Below, piece by piece: positions 61,549-64,000 of a stretch of DNA of 64,000 nt; position 1 is the stretch's first letter; every line of letters begins with the position of its first letter. A program made the position numbers and the translations under genes. Below the pieces are notes generated by a model. It was not told where the DNA came from. It did no database searches and saw nothing but the letters and a program-made list of their open reading frames with translations. Origin of the DNA: Selaginella moellendorffii (taxonomy: Eukaryota; Plantae; Lycopodiophyta); the NCBI RefSeq assembly GCF_000143415.4, contig NW_003314272.1, positions 1,806,374 through 1,870,373 of the forward strand, read 5' to 3'.

Positions 61549-62603
61549 ATGCTGAGGCTCTCTCGATTTCGCGGACGCCGGTGTGTTCTTGGAGCTCGCG
61601 CCGGGCTAGATTGGTGGAATGCTAGTGGAAATGCGAGCACGAATTCGCCCGGCAGCTGTTGTGGATTGGAGGAGCGCTATGGATGGAGCGATGATATCGG
61701 CAGTGCGCCGCTAATCAGGCAGCAGCAGGAGCGTGGGATCTGTGGATTTGCGTCGGAGAATGGGTGGCATTCTTCGTCTAGGCGTGAGAATTGGGGTCGG
61801 GGCGGCTGGGCGAGGACGCAATACCGAGGCTATGCCGATGAGCCTCCCGGTGGCGACGATGAAGAAGTAAGTTCTTTCTTTTCTCACTTCTCACGTCAAC
61901 TTATGCCCGCCTCGTTTCTAGGCTGGAACGGGAGGAGGAAGAGATGAGAGGGACGTGATTCTGGATCTGATCGAGAAAGATATGGTGTGGTACTTGTCAA
62001 ATTTTCTGGAACCAGTGGCTTACCTTGTTTGTGGATTGACAGAGCATACAAGACGATGTAGCACTCTACTTGTACAGCAAAGTTCGCGAGCTAGATCCCA
62101 AGACGCTGCTGGGAGCAATGTACTTGAAAGCCGGCTACCAGGCTCCTCGCTACAGCGTCTCGGCCGGCTACAAGAACAAGTTCGTGGGGACGGTGGTGAT
62201 CCGGGGCAAGCGCTTCGCGAGCTCGCCGTGCGAGACGCAGGACGAGGCCGAGAAGAGCGCGGCGGACAGCGCTCTCAGCTGGGTGCTCGGGCAGCCCAGG
62301 CAAGGCGGAGCCGCGGGTGACACGCAGGGCCGAGGTAGAGGCCGAGGTGCCGGGGGGATCCGAGGTGGGATGAGAGGCGGGGGCCGAGGTAGAGGCCGGG
62401 GTCGCGGTGGCGGCAACGTTAAGAAGCGAGGCACTGCGCAGCGCGTAGCGATCAAGCCCCGCAAGTGCTTCCACGTCGAGATCAACTACAAGCTCATGAG
62501 TTTCGTGGTGCTCTACGATGATCCGCAAGAGGTCTACTACCCCTACAAGGATTTTCCAACGCAGCGCGACCTCGACGCCATCGCGAGAAGACCATCGTTT
62601 TAG
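61549..62603 (+). CDS. Organelle-targeted protein with a single dsRNA-binding domain and an RGG box (3 exons)
   Basis: Arg-rich presequence MLRLSRFRGRR, dsRBD DPKTLL...APRY...FVGTVVIRGKRF...EAEKSAADSALSWV and GRGRGRGAGGIRGGMRGGGRGRG. Confidence 0.8.
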
Positions 62604-63132
62604 TTCTAAGACGAGGTTTATAGTTCGTCTTCAGAAGGTGGGGGTTCGATTCCGGGCGACCAAAGTTTTTTTAGGGCGGCTGTTCGAATCCGGGGACGAG
62701 CAAAAGTTTTTTTAATCTTTGCGTTTTCTTCCTTTTTATTCTTTTATTTTCGTTTCCCCCCAATACCTAGGACCAGAGAGGAGCGGGCTATGGCGTCTTG
62801 CGGCGTGGCAAGGGAGCGCTAGGGTTAGAGGCGTGGTGGGAGTTTCCGGAGAGCTAGGGCTGGATTCGAGGTTGGCTTGATCTTCCGGCGGCAATGGAAC
62901 AGGGAAATGCGGCGGAGGTAAGGCCGTGAAAGAGGAATGCAGCTGCCAGGAGGAGCGAGAGCTTCCTGCCGGGAGTAGTATCGCCTGGGCTGGGATTGAG
63001 GGGAAGTGATCGGGAAGAAGAGCCGGCTGGGTAGGGTAAACGATCCAGTTAGGGGAGCTCCTTCAAGAAGTAGCGTGGCTATGAGGCTGTTGATTATAGG
63101 GCATTGGTCTAGTTGAGTGGGAAGGAGCTGCA

Positions 63133-64000
63133 ATGGCCGACACGGTCGGCTCCATCTTGGACTATCTCCGGCAGCACCACTTCTTACAGGCGGAAGCTGC
63201 TCTTAAGGCGGAGCTCGCCGGCCGTGAAGTCTCGAATGGCCTCTTCTCCATCGACGTTGATCTTGGCGTCCAGAGCAACAAGGTGCCCGCCAAAGAGCTT
63301 GCCGAGGATGCTTCCGTGCCAAGCGACGTCCAGAATGAAAAGCTGCTGGTTTCCGAGGTTGCGGACTGCCAAAGGAACTCTACGCTGGTTAAGTACTACA
63401 TGGGCGTGCCAAAGTCGACTGAGCAGACCACGAGTGCTTCTGTGCAAGCTGGTCCGGAACTTGAGGTAGCAGAGGACAAGCGTCGTGCTACCGGCAGTGC
63501 CGGCACTGAGAATGCTGCAAAGGTCAAGGTGGTGGGAGAGTCGAGCTTGGAGTCGTTGAACGAAGGATTCTGGGAACAGAAAGATGAGCTGCTTTGGGTG
63601 CCCGGGACAAAGCAGGGTCCGCAGCTGGGAAAGGTTCATCCGCTAGACGAGCTGGGGTTTTCGCAGGGAAGGAAGAGCTCGCAGACGCACAACGATCAGA
63701 AGCACAAGGAAGCTGCTCGTCATAAGTCGATGGAGGCCAGGAGCGAACGGAGTGGTCCGGAGAGTACCGATGAACCACAGGTGTCTAACATCCGATCCAC
63801 TAGAAAAGAAGCAGCAGAAGACGGTAAACCGGAAGAAAGTTGTCTTGCGTCGCGGCCGACATCATCAGCAAACTCTTCAAACCAGAAAGGAGGACAAGAT
63901 AAAACAAGAGGTTCTGGTGATGCTTCTGAGAGATCAAGCGGGTTTCCTAGGCTTCCTCCGGTGAGGCTGAAATCCGTGGAGAAGATACCAGACGAATGGG
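63133..64000 (+). CDS. Plant-specific DYRK (DYRKP) kinase, N-terminal part; runs off window
   Basis: MADTVGSILDYLRQHHFLQAEAALKAEL (LisH-like), KLLVSEV and in-frame FPRLPPVRLKS. The kinase domain itself is outside the window. Confidence 0.8.
   Translation, partial: MADTVGSILDYLRQHHFLQAEAALKAELAGREVSNGLFSIDVDLGVQSNKVPAKELAEDASVPSDVQNEKLLVSEVADCQRNSTLVKYYMGVPKSTEQTTSASVQAGPELEVAEDKRRATGSAGTENAAKVKVVGESSLESLNEGFWEQKDELLWVPGTKQGPQLGKVHPLDELGFSQGRKSSQTHNDQKHKEAARHKSMEARSERSGPESTDEPQVSNIRSTRKEAAEDGKPEESCLASRPTSSANSSNQKGGQDKTRGSGDASERSSGFPRLPPVRLKSVEKIPDEW

Overview
Eukaryotic (land-plant) nuclear DNA, very gene-dense (about 25 genes in 64 kb). It has many ~47-70 nt GT-AG introns, GC3-rich exons, telo-box (AAACCCTA) promoters and ~100-bp intergenic spacers. 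These features point to a lycophyte such as Selaginella (inference). Genes in order: neprosin/DUF239 (partial), USP39/SAD1, two convergent secreted LysM proteins, ACX4, tail-anchored coiled-coil (PMD-like), CCCH zinc finger, NUP35, half-size peroxisomal-type ABCD transporter, TOM1-like, F-group bZIP, long coiled-coil, Derlin-2, ZIM/ZML GATA, STAY-GREEN, small orphan, tandem-DUF3455 secreted protein, TM9SF/TMN, SHI/STY with a ~6-kb non-coding upstream region, and XPF/UVH1. Next is a complete 5.0-kb Ty3/gypsy LTR retrotransposon nested in an AT-rich island, then GT90, a plastid-type orphan, plastid CDP-DAG synthase, KCS, a mitochondrial-type orphan, a stand-alone dsRBD-RGG protein and a DYRKP kinase (partial). 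Most notable observations: (1) a complete -1 ribosomal frameshift cassette (G GGA AAC heptamer plus H-type pseudoknot) at the retrotransposon gag/pol junction; (2) an ACX4 that lacks the PTS1 and carries an N-terminal PTS2, close to two other likely peroxisomal genes; (3) a two-domain DUF3455 protein of microbial type; (4) an organelle-targeted dsRBD-RGG mini-protein; (5) a SHI/STY ORF with no in-frame AUG for ~350 codons. All gene models were spliced by eye and family calls come from recognised motifs; no database searches were run.
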